From NCBI GenBank assembly GCA_965287045.1, contig OZ336875.1, positions 86,800,001 to 86,864,000 on the forward strand: 64,000 bases of DNA, read 5' to 3'. A program made the position numbers and the translations under genes. Positions 12,449-24,670 of this stretch are shown here, piece after piece (within the stretch, counting starts at the first letter, position 1; every line of letters begins with the position of its first letter). A model generated the notes under the pieces. The model was given only the letters and a program-made list of their open reading frames with translations, did not search any database and was not told where the DNA came from. The DNA comes from Carcharhinus amblyrhynchos. Its lineage: Eukaryota.

Positions 12449-13286
12449 CTTATGCTAACCAAATAAACCTGTTTTTATTTTAACTTAGTGTGTGAGACTT
12501 CTTACTGTGTTTACCCCAATCCAACGCTGGCATCTCCACATCATGGTTACCCAGTCACCCAAGATAATCTATTAGCCCTCGGGAAGTTAAGTACATCATT
12601 TGTTTAATAAGAAAATTTTTCAAAGAACACATTTCTAATTTTTTGCTCTTCTTGCTTCTCTAGGAAGTAACTACCATTATTTGTTCCATCTTAATTAAAC
12701 ATTAGCATAAAACGTGCTATTTGGTGAGAAACCCAGTCAGGTTTCATATAAAATATTGAGGACACCATCTATACTGGCAATGATGTTAAACCAGTCTTGC
12801 AGGAATGAATAGATGGCCTTTGAGTCATTCCATCACCAACCCTTTTACAACCCCCATCCTGTCATGTGATTATAGCATAATTCAAAGAGATTGGCCTGGT
12901 CCACTATAGTAGGACAAAACAAATGTTCATAACAACTTATATTTTTGAACTGCAGTTGTGAAAAATGCATGAAGTGTATATTATTTTCAAACAGCAATAA
13001 TTAAAGTTAAAAAAAATACATTTGCTGCCAAGAAAGGCACTTATAAGTTGATCTGATTGGTAGTTCTTGAAAAGGTAATTTTTGAGGCCGTACACTAACT
13101 ATTCAACTTGGTTGACACTGCTCTGTAAATCCTGGCTCTGAGGTTTTCAAATCTGAGGTAATGCCTTATGGAAAAAATATAAACATGGCTAAAAATGGCA
13201 AGTTGTAACACTCATATGGGGACAGCCAAATGATATCTGTATATTCTTTTTTCTCATTCCCATTTTCGTATGTACCTCTTTCTTTA

Positions 13287-13545
13287 TAGAATCACAGAAA
13301 AGTTACAGCACAGAAGGAGGCCATTTATCTTGTCAGCCTGACGACACCCAGGTGCCCTTTCTAATCCCACCTACCTACACCCCGCCCATAGCCCTGTAGT
13401 TTATAGCACTTAAGGTGCATATCCAGGTACTTGTTAAGAGTTCTGCCTCCACCACCAACTTAGGCAGTGAATTCTAGACAGCCACCATCCTCTGCATAAA
13501 AGACCTTCTTCCTCATATGCCCTCAACACCTTCTGCCACTTATGA
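13287..13545 (-). mobile_element. CR1 3' end fragment
   Basis: TAGAATCACAGAAAAGTTACAGCACAGAAGGAGGCCATT is a typical reverse-complement CR1 terminus, followed by TCTGCCTCCACCACC...GGCAGTGAATTC. Confidence 0.75.
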
Positions 13546-14702
13546 CCCCTGTGGTCATGGGAAGTGCAAGTGTTTAATACTTTCCCTCACTGGAGTATCA
13601 AAACATGAGACAAGTGTCAACCTGTTGCGACTGCAATATCCAAGGCAATAGTAATATCCCCATCTTAAAACAATAAACTTTTAACAAGAGAAGCTGAAAG
13701 AAGTGCTTCAAATATTATGCACACTCAGGTTTCTAAGCATAATTTTTAGGGAGAGAAATCTAATTCTCACAGATGAGGTTAGTACCTTGGTAGGAATGCT
13801 GACAGGCTGAGAATAACTCTAAGCCAGCATGTAATCAATCACAGCACAACAAGCAAAAACAGCATCTTACATTAAAATCACAATACCTAACAGGTGATCT
13901 AAACCTGCAAAATATCAAATGATTAAGAGTAAAGAACCAGTGCAACAACACAATTGAAGGATTCTGGTGGTAACATAAGCTGTCAGTCACTTGGGAGGTT
14001 TCTATTCGAGGTGCAACATTTCATCCATGTAACTGTCGCCATCAGAGTAGCCATGGCCTGAAATCATAATCTTACTTTGAAACAAGAAAAAAATCTTAAA
14101 AATTAAACTGCACCATAAAAGCTAGCAACAACAAGGGATAATATGAGTCCTGTTTACAGAGTCTAAGCGGTAATCGGTACCTCTTATGATTGGGAACAGA
14201 AGTGCAGCCAAAGTTCATGGAAATACACCCCAGTAAAAATTAATATCTTTAGAAGAGCAAGAGGAAAGTATTAAAAATACTAACAATATACTGCTTGAAG
14301 TCTATGTATAGATTGAGTTTACAATTACTTATATTATTCAATGTGATTATAAATATATTATGCACTCATTTACACAGTGCAAATACAATATATCATATGC
14401 TACGTAATAAATGCACTGTATAATGACAAAACAAGTCACACTGCTATATTCAATGCTATAACTCTACATAAAGTGTTTATAGTATTTACTATAGTACATA
14501 ATGTATAACAATGCATTCAAGTAATTGCACTTTATAATGTTAATGTTCTATGCTATAAATACACTATACCTTATGTAGTATAGACCACAAACCAGTCTAG
14601 GGCTTAGTTAGCATTATAACCTCATCATTCAAAATCTCCTGAGACTGTAAAAAGCTATGTATTTCCCTTTCAGATATTACTATTCCTTTTGTATTTTTCT
14701 AG

Positions 14703-14770
14703 GATGAGTATGGGTTTGCAGAAGGAGACCACAAGAGTTAAAATTACAATAGCAAAGTGAAAAATATTCG
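14703..14770 (+). other. Possible non-coding exon (68 nt)
   Basis: Acceptor TTCCTTTTGTATTTTTCTAG| and donor CG|GTAAGG. Stop codons in all three frames. Confidence 0.2.
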
Positions 14771-15317
14771 GTAAGGTTTTTCAGAATTCATTTCTTTTCA
14801 ATTTTAATTAAAATGAAAACACTTGCGCAAATTGAGATCTGAAATTACTCCTTTAAAAGAGAAATTTTCTGTGGAGAAATTCCTAAACCTTGAAACTATT
14901 TTATTTGAATATAACATGATGTAGAGTTGATGCAAAACACAGAATGCTATTCATTCAAAAACACATTAACTTTGGACAAAAATACTAAGATGGAAACAAA
15001 ACAAATAATATTTCATTGATAGATATAATTACATTTTTTTAAGAGTGCTTTATTTACACAGATTCACTTACTGTTAATTCAAATAGTATAAAGTTAGTGA
15101 TTTCACATAAACCCCAGGCGACAAGGCAGCAACACACTAATTTCTAAATAAATGCTATTTCTAGAAGTATTGAATGAGCAACAATAACCTGCATTTATTT
15201 CATGTCTATATGTCTAAAGAAACATAAGCAAAACGAAAATGCATGCCATGGCAGGGAGGGAGACCGAAAGCTAGATCAAAGTAATGGGTTAAAAGGAATA
15301 CAGACACACATGCATTG

Positions 15318-15473
15318 AGGATAATTTTAACGTACATTGACTAGTGGGGAACTGATGAGATAAAATCAGCCACACTCTTTACACCAACATAGAGTAAAAT
15401 TGGGTGGAGTACAAGGAGAAAGCCAATCTGATCTTGTCAGTTTCCTACCAGATAGGTTAAATGAAAATTACCC
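15318..15473. mobile_element. Old imperfect palindromic element (MITE-like)
   Basis: Ends GGATAATTTT and AAAATTACCC. Inner arms GGAACTGATGAGAT and ATCTTGTCAGTTTCC are inverted. Confidence 0.5.
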
Positions 15474-15851
15474 ATACAATTTTATTTCGGCTATTCATTG
15501 AATGAACCAAAATATTAAAATTGAATTTGAATCTTATAGCAACACATAGTGATCTGCATTAAATGCTGAACTTTAAAAAATGTTAAGTATTACTGGCTCC
15601 TGCATTGCCGAGGAATAAGCTAGAGAGAAGATTGTTTGTGCATGTGCAGAAAGTTACAGTATGTTGTTTAAAATGGCAAATTTATAATCCTGGAAGTTTT
15701 GCAGGGGTTCTCCTGATCTCCTGCCATAACTTAATTTCAGATATGGAAATACTGAAGAAAGTGTTATTTTCCTGGATTTTTCACTGAAGCCGTGGTGGAA
15801 AATCAGCAGAATTTCTATCACATACTGCTAATAGCTTGAATTTAAGTACTA

Positions 15852-15985
15852 AAATAAGCCAAATACTTCGGATGCTGGAATCTGAAACAAGAACAGAGGA
15901 CGCTGGAAAAACCCAGCGGGTCTGCCACTATCAACTAAGAGAGAAACAGAGTTAACATCTCAAGTCCATAAACTCTTCGTATAGT
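15852..15985. mobile_element. Half copy of short Penelope-like repeat (family B)
   Basis: AAATACTTCGGATGCTGGAATCTGAAACAAGAACAGAGGACGCTGGAAAAACCCAGCGGGTCTG matches the copies at 2755 and 49362. Confidence 0.7.
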
Positions 15986-16994
15986 TTGAATCTGTTCTTT
16001 AACTGAGAAACCATCCACTCAGCATAGTTACAGTACGTTCCTCAATATTTTAGAGACAGATTGCAAAATGTGTGCTAAGATTAGTTAATGGCTGTCAGGT
16101 AAATTTTCAAATGCTGTAAATTAGTTAACAGCATCAAAACAAAAGCCCTTGAAATTTGCCTATAGGTACTTTGAATCCAAGATTTTTCGGTTGATCCTTA
16201 AAATAAAATATTTGCGGGGAACCAAAACAACAAAACTTTGGTCTGAAAAATAAAAACTGAATTTAACCACTAGTCAGTCTTCCTCTCTCAACCCCCCCAC
16301 TTACCTAAAGTAATGTAAGGTGCATATATTTATTGGAAAATGGTTCACAAATAAACTGTGACATCTGTCAATAATATGCTTAAAAACACTGCCATCATTT
16401 CACAAAGGTATTATTATACTTTTACAGTGTGACATACCAATGTTTCAGCCTCTCCAAGGCAAGGCAAGTAATTCCTAAATACTTCAAGCAAATAGGGATA
16501 AATTTAAACTTTTGTCAACTGGCCTGCAATGGATTGGCCTTCGATTATATATTCTGCTGAATTTGCCTTTATATTAAAGTCAATGTTAAAAAAAACCAAC
16601 AGAGCGCATAACAACTGGCCAATCCACCATTGCCCGTTTCCATCCAGTGATATCCCATAGTTACATATTTAACTATATTGAATTTGCCTTGAAAACAATA
16701 AAAATAAGAACTATTTTCTTGTGTCCTTTTAAAGTTGTATTTGTCCAAAAAAATTCAAAATGTCCAGTAATGTGAATTAACCTACTGTTCGAAATTATAC
16801 AGGAGATCTAATAGCTAGATTCAAATTTCACAATTTGAAAATGGCAACTTTGAATTAACAAGATATTTACATACTTAATTAGTGAAATGACATAACCATA
16901 CAGAAAAATAGATATATTCTTAAAAACTCTCACTTTTTCTTTGTATATGTTTATCAGTTTAGTTCTGTTGTAGCATTATTAATTCTGTGTCGGC

Positions 16995-17240
16995 AACTTG
17001 TAGGTTCAAGTCCCACTCCAGGACTTGAGCACATAATCTCGGCTAACAGCCCTGCTGTGTGGTCAAACATTCCATCTTTCAGGTGAAAGGTGAAAATTAG
17101 GCCCTGCCCTTTCTACCTGATCAGGTGAGCACTAATGCCACGAATCAAAGAACAGCAGGGAATCCTGCTGCTGTCTTGGACAACAATGATTTCTCAACCA
17201 ACATACTAAAAACATATTAAGTGACATATTAAGTCCATTC
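16995..17240 (+). mobile_element. DeuSINE (SacSINE1-like)
   Basis: tRNA B-box-like GGTTCAAGTCCC followed by ACTCCAGGACTTGAGCACATAATC and Deu-domain-like GAACAGCAGGGAATCCT...TGTCTTGGACAAC...CTCAACCAACAT. Confidence 0.75.
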
Positions 17241-19459
17241 CTCTGAATGGACAAATCCAGAAAAAATTAAATAGCCGTACATTTCAGCCTCAAATTCAAC
17301 GATTGAATTTATTTGAAATAACACATTTTAAAAGATTTTTTGAAAAACATAAGTTACAGTAATTGGTATATCCAGGAATACATACATAAATACACAAAAA
17401 AGTTATTCATATAAAAAAAAATTCTGTTTCCAGCACAATTTAACAAAGTAACTGGAAACTAAATCTACATTTTCCCTCACTTTCTTACCGTGCATCCTGG
17501 TTCTAGGTTCAAATGTTGGTTTAATGGCTCCCAGCAAAATTTGAGGTTATTTTTGGATTAATAAAACTAATAAAATGGGGTTTCACAATGTCTGATTTAA
17601 TTTCCTTCATACAAAAATTAGTTACTGCTGAACAAGTACAGTAGCAATTATGCAGCAGGCACTGGCAAGGAAAACGCAAGCATCTGTCTTACCTATCTCC
17701 CCTGCCCCTGTTTCATGGATTTGGGTGTCTAACTAACTATGAATTGTATATTTAACAAAAACAAATTATCCAGTCAACTCCTCCCCCTTACAACCCACCC
17801 CAAAAACAAATGGCATCTTTGTGGCGCATTCAGTCCCAAATTTTGGTAATAAAGTGGCTGTTTGATTGCTTGAATATCACGTGTTTGTCTGACAGATTAC
17901 ACAGTTTGTGTTCTCTTTCCTCCATCCTGTCTCTAAGCGTGTGCATGACATAATCTTTCTCGGTCAGTACAACATGATGGGCCATTTTGTTCAGATCACT
18001 ACATGCCGTCACATTGTCATTTGGTAACCCCTGGTCAGGATTAAACTGATAATAAATATTTTAATTTTAAAAATTAGAGAAAATATTTGGAGAGTTTTGT
18101 TAATTTACGTTAGTTTATTATCTACTTTTAAAGGTTTATTGAATTAGTTTTAATCACCTCACTTCCATTTTGTTTCAACATTTGCAGAATGCAGCGTCAA
18201 TCTGGTAATGGCTGGTTTCACTCCTGCTCTTCACTAAAATGTTGCATATTTTAATGTTACAAAATGATTGCTGGCATCAATTGAAAATTACTCAATCACA
18301 TACCCCCATCCCTATCACTGTAACAATTACAATTGGCGTCTTAAACCAAACTTCCCAACTGCAACCCCTCCACCAAATAGATTCCCTGCTAACAATCTGC
18401 TTCTCTCTGAGTATTAATCTACAAACACACAGTGCACCATCATTATTGATCTCCACTGCTGGAACAAGGTGATGCCTGCATTGCAACTCTAGTTATTAAC
18501 AAGTTATAAAATAGAAAATTGAAGTGTTTTAATTAGATTTACTTCAGATGGCAACTACTAATTCTACTCAAATCTTCTTTGTTCTGATTTTCAATATCCA
18601 TTCTTTTTTGGAATAATGCATTTCTCCTAGTTAAATAAGATGGTGCTAACCTACCAGGGTTTAGGAAAAAAATCTCTTAAATCATGTTGCCATAGAAGAC
18701 ACCTTGCATGCTACTGCAAAATATTTTCTCTGCCTCCCATTCCAATTTAAGACAATGGATCAAAATGGGAGATCTGACTGTATTGGAATAGCTTAGCAAC
18801 AAGAACCATGGTATTCTTATTCCTCCATTTAAGAATGAATTGTCTTAACTACACACTCTGAGGTCTAAAATCATCTTTTGAGGAGGAGAAAAATCAACTC
18901 ACATTATTCTTTAACAACTGCTCCTTGAAATATAAATAATTTTGTTGTTTCTTTTCTTTTTTGAGTCAATGATTTGATTGGGTATGATCAGTGATGGCCT
19001 GTTACAGTAGACATTGCTGTTTGAAACAAAATATCAGAAATAGGTTTCACTGTGAAGTTTCTTTGCATTCAGGTTTGCCAGATCGATCTCTTCATTTCTA
19101 CACTAAAGCATAAAGAACTCATGCTCTGTGTACAATATTAATACCATTTTGCATTTTTTAATTAATGCAAATCAGCAAAAAATGCCACCAAAAGTTAGTT
19201 AAAAAATAGTAAATTGAATCATGCAAAATTGGAAACAGAAGTTTCAGAACAAGCAGACTACGAAGATATAAATGCAACATTTAAATGGTCAGGGAAGACA
19301 ATTGTTAAAGGAATCAATATTTTATATTCAAATAAGATAATGTTAACCACTGCGCAGTTAAATAATTATTTGCCAAAAAGCGATTACAAAAAAATATATA
19401 TTTTGGAATTAAAAAGCTATAACATCGGAGTATTTGAGTTTCTTAAACCAGCACAACAT

Positions 19460-19780
19460 GGCTTTCTGTGACATGTCACATATTTGTGTAATAACAGACT
19501 ATTTTGAGTGGATTAGTTTAATTTGCTGACCATCAGGAGTTTTCTATTAGCTGTAATGAATATCTGCTCATAATAAACCTGACATCAACATGCAAAGTAA
19601 TTTTTAATGAAAATATATAATGGTTTAATGCAGTGTAATTAAATAAACGAAAGTAAAACAATACAAGTACATTTGTCACAGAGAGCTGAACAGGCAAACA
19701 CACACGCACGCAGACACATAGAAAGAATGTTCTTTCAGCCTAGCTGCCATCAATGCAATTACATTGAACTTTTAAAGGTA
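19460..19780. promoter_or_regulatory. Candidate conserved non-coding element or enhancer
   Basis: Repeat-free, dense in TAAT/ATTA sites, and begins with the 14-bp palindrome TGTGACATGTCACA (19467-19480). Confidence 0.3.
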
Positions 19781-21744
19781 TACGCAGAAAATAATCTTTT
19801 ATGTATTGATTTAAAAAATCAACAACAAATAATTTTTTTAAAATTTTACTCATTTCGTTGTGCTATTTTTCATTCTTGTAGGGTTTGGTATAAAAAGGTA
19901 CAGCTGCCATTTTTACTGCTGCACTCGACAGAATACAGACATCTCTGAAAGACAATATCTGTCTCAAAAACTGATGTGGCAATGGTTAAATAAAACCTAC
20001 TACCCAAGTTTTACTCCATCTTTCTTAAATGCCAATCATTAAGGATCAAACTCCACACAGGAATAATCACTTAGCTGAGAACAGTTTTCATTCTGACCTG
20101 AATCATTTGGATCCTCAACTGGATTAAAGCATAAAAAGAATGCTTAAACCATATGAAGTCATTTGAAAATACCCATAAACAAGGCCACGCACCAGTATAA
20201 CAAGTGCCCAATACATGGAAACAATGGAAGACTGCAGGGAAATAACTATGAAGGAACAAAATATCACAAGATATGGCTGATCCGACTAACTCAAAGCAAC
20301 TCCCACTTGAGACGATTTAGATTATTATTTTTGCTTGAGAAGAAGGAATGGTCAGTATCAGATTTTAAAACATTAAAGATTTAAACTAAATATTATGTAA
20401 TTAACTAACTGGCATACACTATGACATAGGTAATACTTAAAAGGTATCTCAATCATCTTTTTAATGCATCAAGAACATTTTTAAAAATCAGTATGCTGTG
20501 TTCTAAAACAAATGTAAGCAACTGAAAAAATGTAAGTGTTTAATATATATTTTTAAAAATCCAATAGCTACAGGAAAAAAGTTAAATGTAAGCAGCACAT
20601 GCTGGAGCCGTACCACAAGCTTTACCATCAGGAGAATCGACTAGTACAGGGTTAATTAAAAAAAGCAGAAGAAACCCAAATGATTCAAACACAAGGTTAT
20701 TTCACTACTCTGGCATATTCGAGTAACGTTTTACTTTTTTCTGAAATAACTATTCAACAGCAGAAAAGCAAAAAAAAGACAAAATAAAAATGTTAATAAG
20801 TTGCTTGCAGATCCCCCCCCCACCCCCGCGCAAACCCCCACCATATAATGCAAACAGCAGAATTCCTTTATAGTGTGATGCCAAAATTGGATGACACAAC
20901 ATCAGGCTTTCTCTAAAAGCTCATTCAAGACAATCCATATAAACAAAGCACAGAGATAGACCAAATTTACTACTAAAACTAAACAAAAAAAAACTACAAG
21001 AAAAGGTCAAATGAAGAGGGATAGACAATAATCTACTAAGAATTATTGGCATATGGTGATCATAAATTTGTAGAAACATTACAGCACAAGGAGACTTACT
21101 ATAGAATACTTATGGCGAAATAAACAAAGAACCTGATCGCGATTCCCTTTTAACCCTTGATATTTAATACTCACCCCCATGCCAAACAAAAACGTTTGAG
21201 TCCTTATTATTTATTGGAAGTTGAGACAATCTCCAACGCAAACACAAAAAGCAATGTGAATCTCTTATTATCTCTGCCCTTTCAAGCTGTCCCAAATTCA
21301 TGAACCAGTAAAAGGTGGGAACCAACAGAGACATTGCATTATAACACAGGAAGAAAGACTGGCACCTGTCCTAGAACATGTGCACTCTGAAATAAGAGTG
21401 TCGGGAAACAAACCCTCTCTCGCCAACAAACTGAAACTTCACAGCATTAAACAACTGTTTTAAAAAGCAAAACAAGGAAAACAAAGTCAACTTGGAAAAT
21501 GTTGGTTAAAAAAAAACAGAGAACCAAACATAACAAAGCGCAGAGAAAGATGGAAATTACGGCATCCGCTGCCATCGTCAGAAAGTGAGACAACAGTCAT
21601 TTTCAAATTAAAACTTCGTTGGCTCTAAGTATTTGTATTAGTCCAAGAAGCTGAAAATATAGTTGATCATTACAGTACGTCATTCAAAGAGCAATGGACG
21701 ACACATGCAAAAACAGAGACAGCGAGAAACAGAGACACACTTAC

Positions 21745-21811
21745 CCTCAAAAAAGTGTCACAAATCGGCAGGGGTAGACATAAAAAAGCATTCACCTTGT
21801 ATCTTGCCTTC
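21745..21811 (-). other. Candidate 5'-UTR exon (67 nt) of an unidentified gene
   Basis: Strong acceptor CTGTTTTCTTGTCTGCTTTACAG| and consensus donor GG|GTAAGT. An internal alternative donor AAG|GTGAAT would give a 16-nt exon. Confidence 0.5.
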
Positions 21812-21889
21812 CTGTAAAGCAGACAAGAAAACAGTCAACTCCATTTTCACAAGTACTCACAGGCCTGAGTAATGGAAGGCGGTCCCTAC

Positions 21890-22201
21890 CTAGCAACCAC
21901 TTCCAGTTTTCATCTGCAAGCTTTCTCTGCCATCCGTACCAACCACCACCCCCTCCCTACCACCACCCCAGTCAGTTGCCAATGCTAGTGACAATGGGAG
22001 GCCGAAGGGTAGCTGAAAACCAGCGTGTTGAACTCGTCTGGTAGTTAACAAGTCTTTGAATGAAGAATGTTAGCAAACAGACAAACAGCATGTCTGATGC
22101 ATGCTAATAACATTGCTGGTCCAGCCTCACGACCAAGCCTATGAATTATTCAACGGGCAGAAGCGACCCCCCCCGCCCCAAACCCTTCGCAACCCAAATG
22201 C
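21890..22201 (-). other. Candidate non-coding exon
   Basis: Acceptor CTTTCTCCTCACTGCAG| with the exon starting at 22201. Donor TAG|GTAGGG gives a 78-nt intron to the next exon; CCT|GTGAGT gives 49 nt, probably too short. Confidence 0.3.
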
Positions 22202-22749
22202 CTGCAGTGAGGAGAAAGTATTTTTTTAAATCAGCTCTTTTTTTGCTTTCTTACTTCTAAATTGAAAGTGAAACTAACGTGGCTTAACTCAAATTATTTA
22301 TTACTTTCATTCCACAATATCATCAATAATCCTTTTTGTACTGAACTGAACATTTTCTTTCAGTCTATTTTATGTCTTTTGTCTGGAGTTGGCACCTGTC
22401 CCAGACAGCTCTCTGCTGCACACCCTGTTCCCTCCCAATCAGTATATGAAAAAAATGAGGACCCAGAAGTGCAGCCACTTCCACACAGCCTTTAGCACAT
22501 TCATATCTAACGCTGTCCTTTCACACGCAGATGCACAGTACAATCTCAATACCGAGCGTTTTCTTTGCGTGACAGATACATTCATATTTTGAAGCGAGCA
22601 CCACTCTAACCCATGCAGGATTAGGTAGGCACACCAAGAAAAAGAATCACTACTCAAATCAGGAAAAATTTATTCATTTAGAAAAAGCATTACAGCTGCA
22701 CTAACCATCACATTACTTCACAGGAAGCCAAATAGGAAAAAAAATCATT

Positions 22750-23160
22750 CAAATAAAAATGTGAACCTCATCTCGTGCCAGCCAGTCACAATACAGAAAC
22801 AAAAAACAAAAATCCAGTTTGTCGTGTGAAGAAATCTTCTGGTCTGGCAAAGGCTGTCTGAGGGGGAGGCCCTTGCAACAGGAACAGAAGCAGCATAAGC
22901 ATAGTCGCCCTCTCACGAGTGACTGCAACTGTCTATCAAGGAAGACAGAGCAGTACCGAGAGGCCTGAGCTGATGATGAAATAGAGGCATGCTCTTCCAC
23001 CCCCCTCCGCCCCGTGTGTGAGAGCTAGCTACTTTCATCACACGGCCATGAATTGTGCAGCGACTGACACCACCGATCCTCTGGTTGAGCTGGACCGCAC
23101 TGCGCCAGCGCACTCTCTGCTTCCTTGCAGCCCCCCCTCCCCCAAACACACACACTATTT
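22750..23160 (-). promoter_or_regulatory. CpG-retaining promoter or first-exon-like region
   Basis: Local GC and CpG enrichment outside any repeat, a GC box (CTCCGCCCC) and C-tracts. Lies upstream of minus-strand splice sites. Confidence 0.45.
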
Positions 23161-24383
23161 TGAGCCAGGTAATGAATTAAGACATGCAGCATGAGACTGA
23201 TTTCCCTACTGTTTAAAACACATACCGTTCTTAGTACAGTGTTGCTAATTAACCTTTTTACCTTCTATAGCTTTATCGTCAGCTATGGCAAGAGACAGTA
23301 TTACTTATAAAACACAATTTGGAGAAATAATGTCTTCTCAGATTATACATCAAAGGACATCAAATCATTACTTAGCTTTGAGAATGAATATTGAAAAATA
23401 AATCCAAGCTGAATTGAATAATTTTGTTCTCATGTCCCCGCTCTTAAACCAGCTGCTCAACCAAGTTAAAACTGTTCGACCCTTACAACTATCTTGGCAT
23501 GGAGTCAAAGGCTGATAAGCATTTGGGCGAGACAGCAACTGCTGTGCTGGAAGAAAAACAGCTGCCATGATTGCTGTTAGATTGAAAACGTACAGAAAAC
23601 AAACCTGGCTCTAAATACTGCACACAAAATGCCCCTAGACTAACTGAACAATGCATATTGAAACCCATTTTCCAAAAGATTTCACGAAAGCTCCTTTTTT
23701 TGCTGTATGCTTTTAAACTTTGCTTGTGCAGCATGCTTGCCTCCCCGCCCATCCCCTCCCCCTCAACAGTATCCTCAAGCAAACTTGAGGAATCGTGCCA
23801 AAAGTCACGTTGCAGTTTTAAGTGCATTTGTTGGGAGCTTGAGCTGAGCTTCATAAGCAAACTTAAATAATACCTTCAACTGGGCATCACAACTGAAAGT
23901 GTTCTTTTTCTTTTAAATAATATTTTTATGATCAACATATGGGAGATTACTGTAACTCTATTGTAAAACAACTTCCTGCCCCTTTTGGCTCAAGTTCCAG
24001 AAGCTGCTAGCATAGGTTCACAGTACATATTCCCCCCCACCACCCTTCCCCTGCTGCTGCTGAAAGACCAAGGCAAACTTTAAAAAATTCCTCTCTCGCT
24101 CTCTCTCTCTCCCCCTGCTTTGACGGATTTAGAAAAAGAACAGTTTATGTGGATAGCTCTATTGTTGAGTATGTTGCAACGAAAGGAAGTCAAAAGTTCA
24201 ACTTGTCGACTTGTGAATCTAAAAAAAGGTGGGGTTTATTTTTGAACACTACCTCTGATAGCGCAATTACGTTTGCTGGCTTTCTCTCCTGCATACCCAT
24301 ACAGGAGACTGTGGCACCTACCCATGGCCTCCTAAATAATGAAAAAAAACCACGTCTTGCTGAATTTGTTTTTTTTGACTAAC

Positions 24384-24670
24384 CTGCCTTTTTATTCTGA
24401 CCATTGTGTGTTCCCTTGAAGATGGACCACCAAAGCCCCACTCTAAAATGGAAATTGCTTGTGTTCTCACTAGTTTATGCCAATAACAAAACACAAAAAA
24501 AGGCCTCCACAAGCTCTCTTAGCAACAACATTTCTTGATACGTCTGCTTTGGCACAGATCAACGTTTCTACTTGGCCAAGTATCCTTTGCGTCACATCTC
24601 GCCATTTCTTTTGACCAATAGAAAACTTCCTGACGTTAAATTTAAAAAAAAAATTTGCCCCTCCCGCTCT
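24384..24670 (-). promoter_or_regulatory. Core promoter motif cluster with candidate first exon
   Basis: GC box 24657-24667, ETS-CRE ACTTCCTGACGT 24625-24636, CCAAT 24615-24619, YY1-like CGCCATTT about 24600, TGCGTCA 24588-24594, RFX half-site TTAGCAAC about 24519-24526. Minus-strand donor CAG|GTTAGT at 24384/24383. Confidence 0.55.

Larger units (their letters stand above)
11833..12558. mobile_element. Inverted pair of Penelope-like terminal repeats (family A) with 13-bp target-site duplication
   Basis: About 11844-12090 is the reverse complement of about 12260-12510. GTTACCCAGTCAC flanks both sides (11833-11845 and 12546-12558). Each arm carries a hammerhead-like core. Confidence 0.8.

Noticed and set aside
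13990-14057. Minus-strand exon giving HGYSDGDSYMDEMLHLE*
   Set aside because: Weak polypyrimidine tract, unrecognised peptide and no supporting partner exons.
22968-22985. snoRNA C-box-like TGATGATGA
   Set aside because: No well-placed D box with a terminal stem was found.
22749-23860. ORFs of 66-123 aa in the promoter region
   Set aside because: No recognisable homology; composition fits UTR or promoter sequence.
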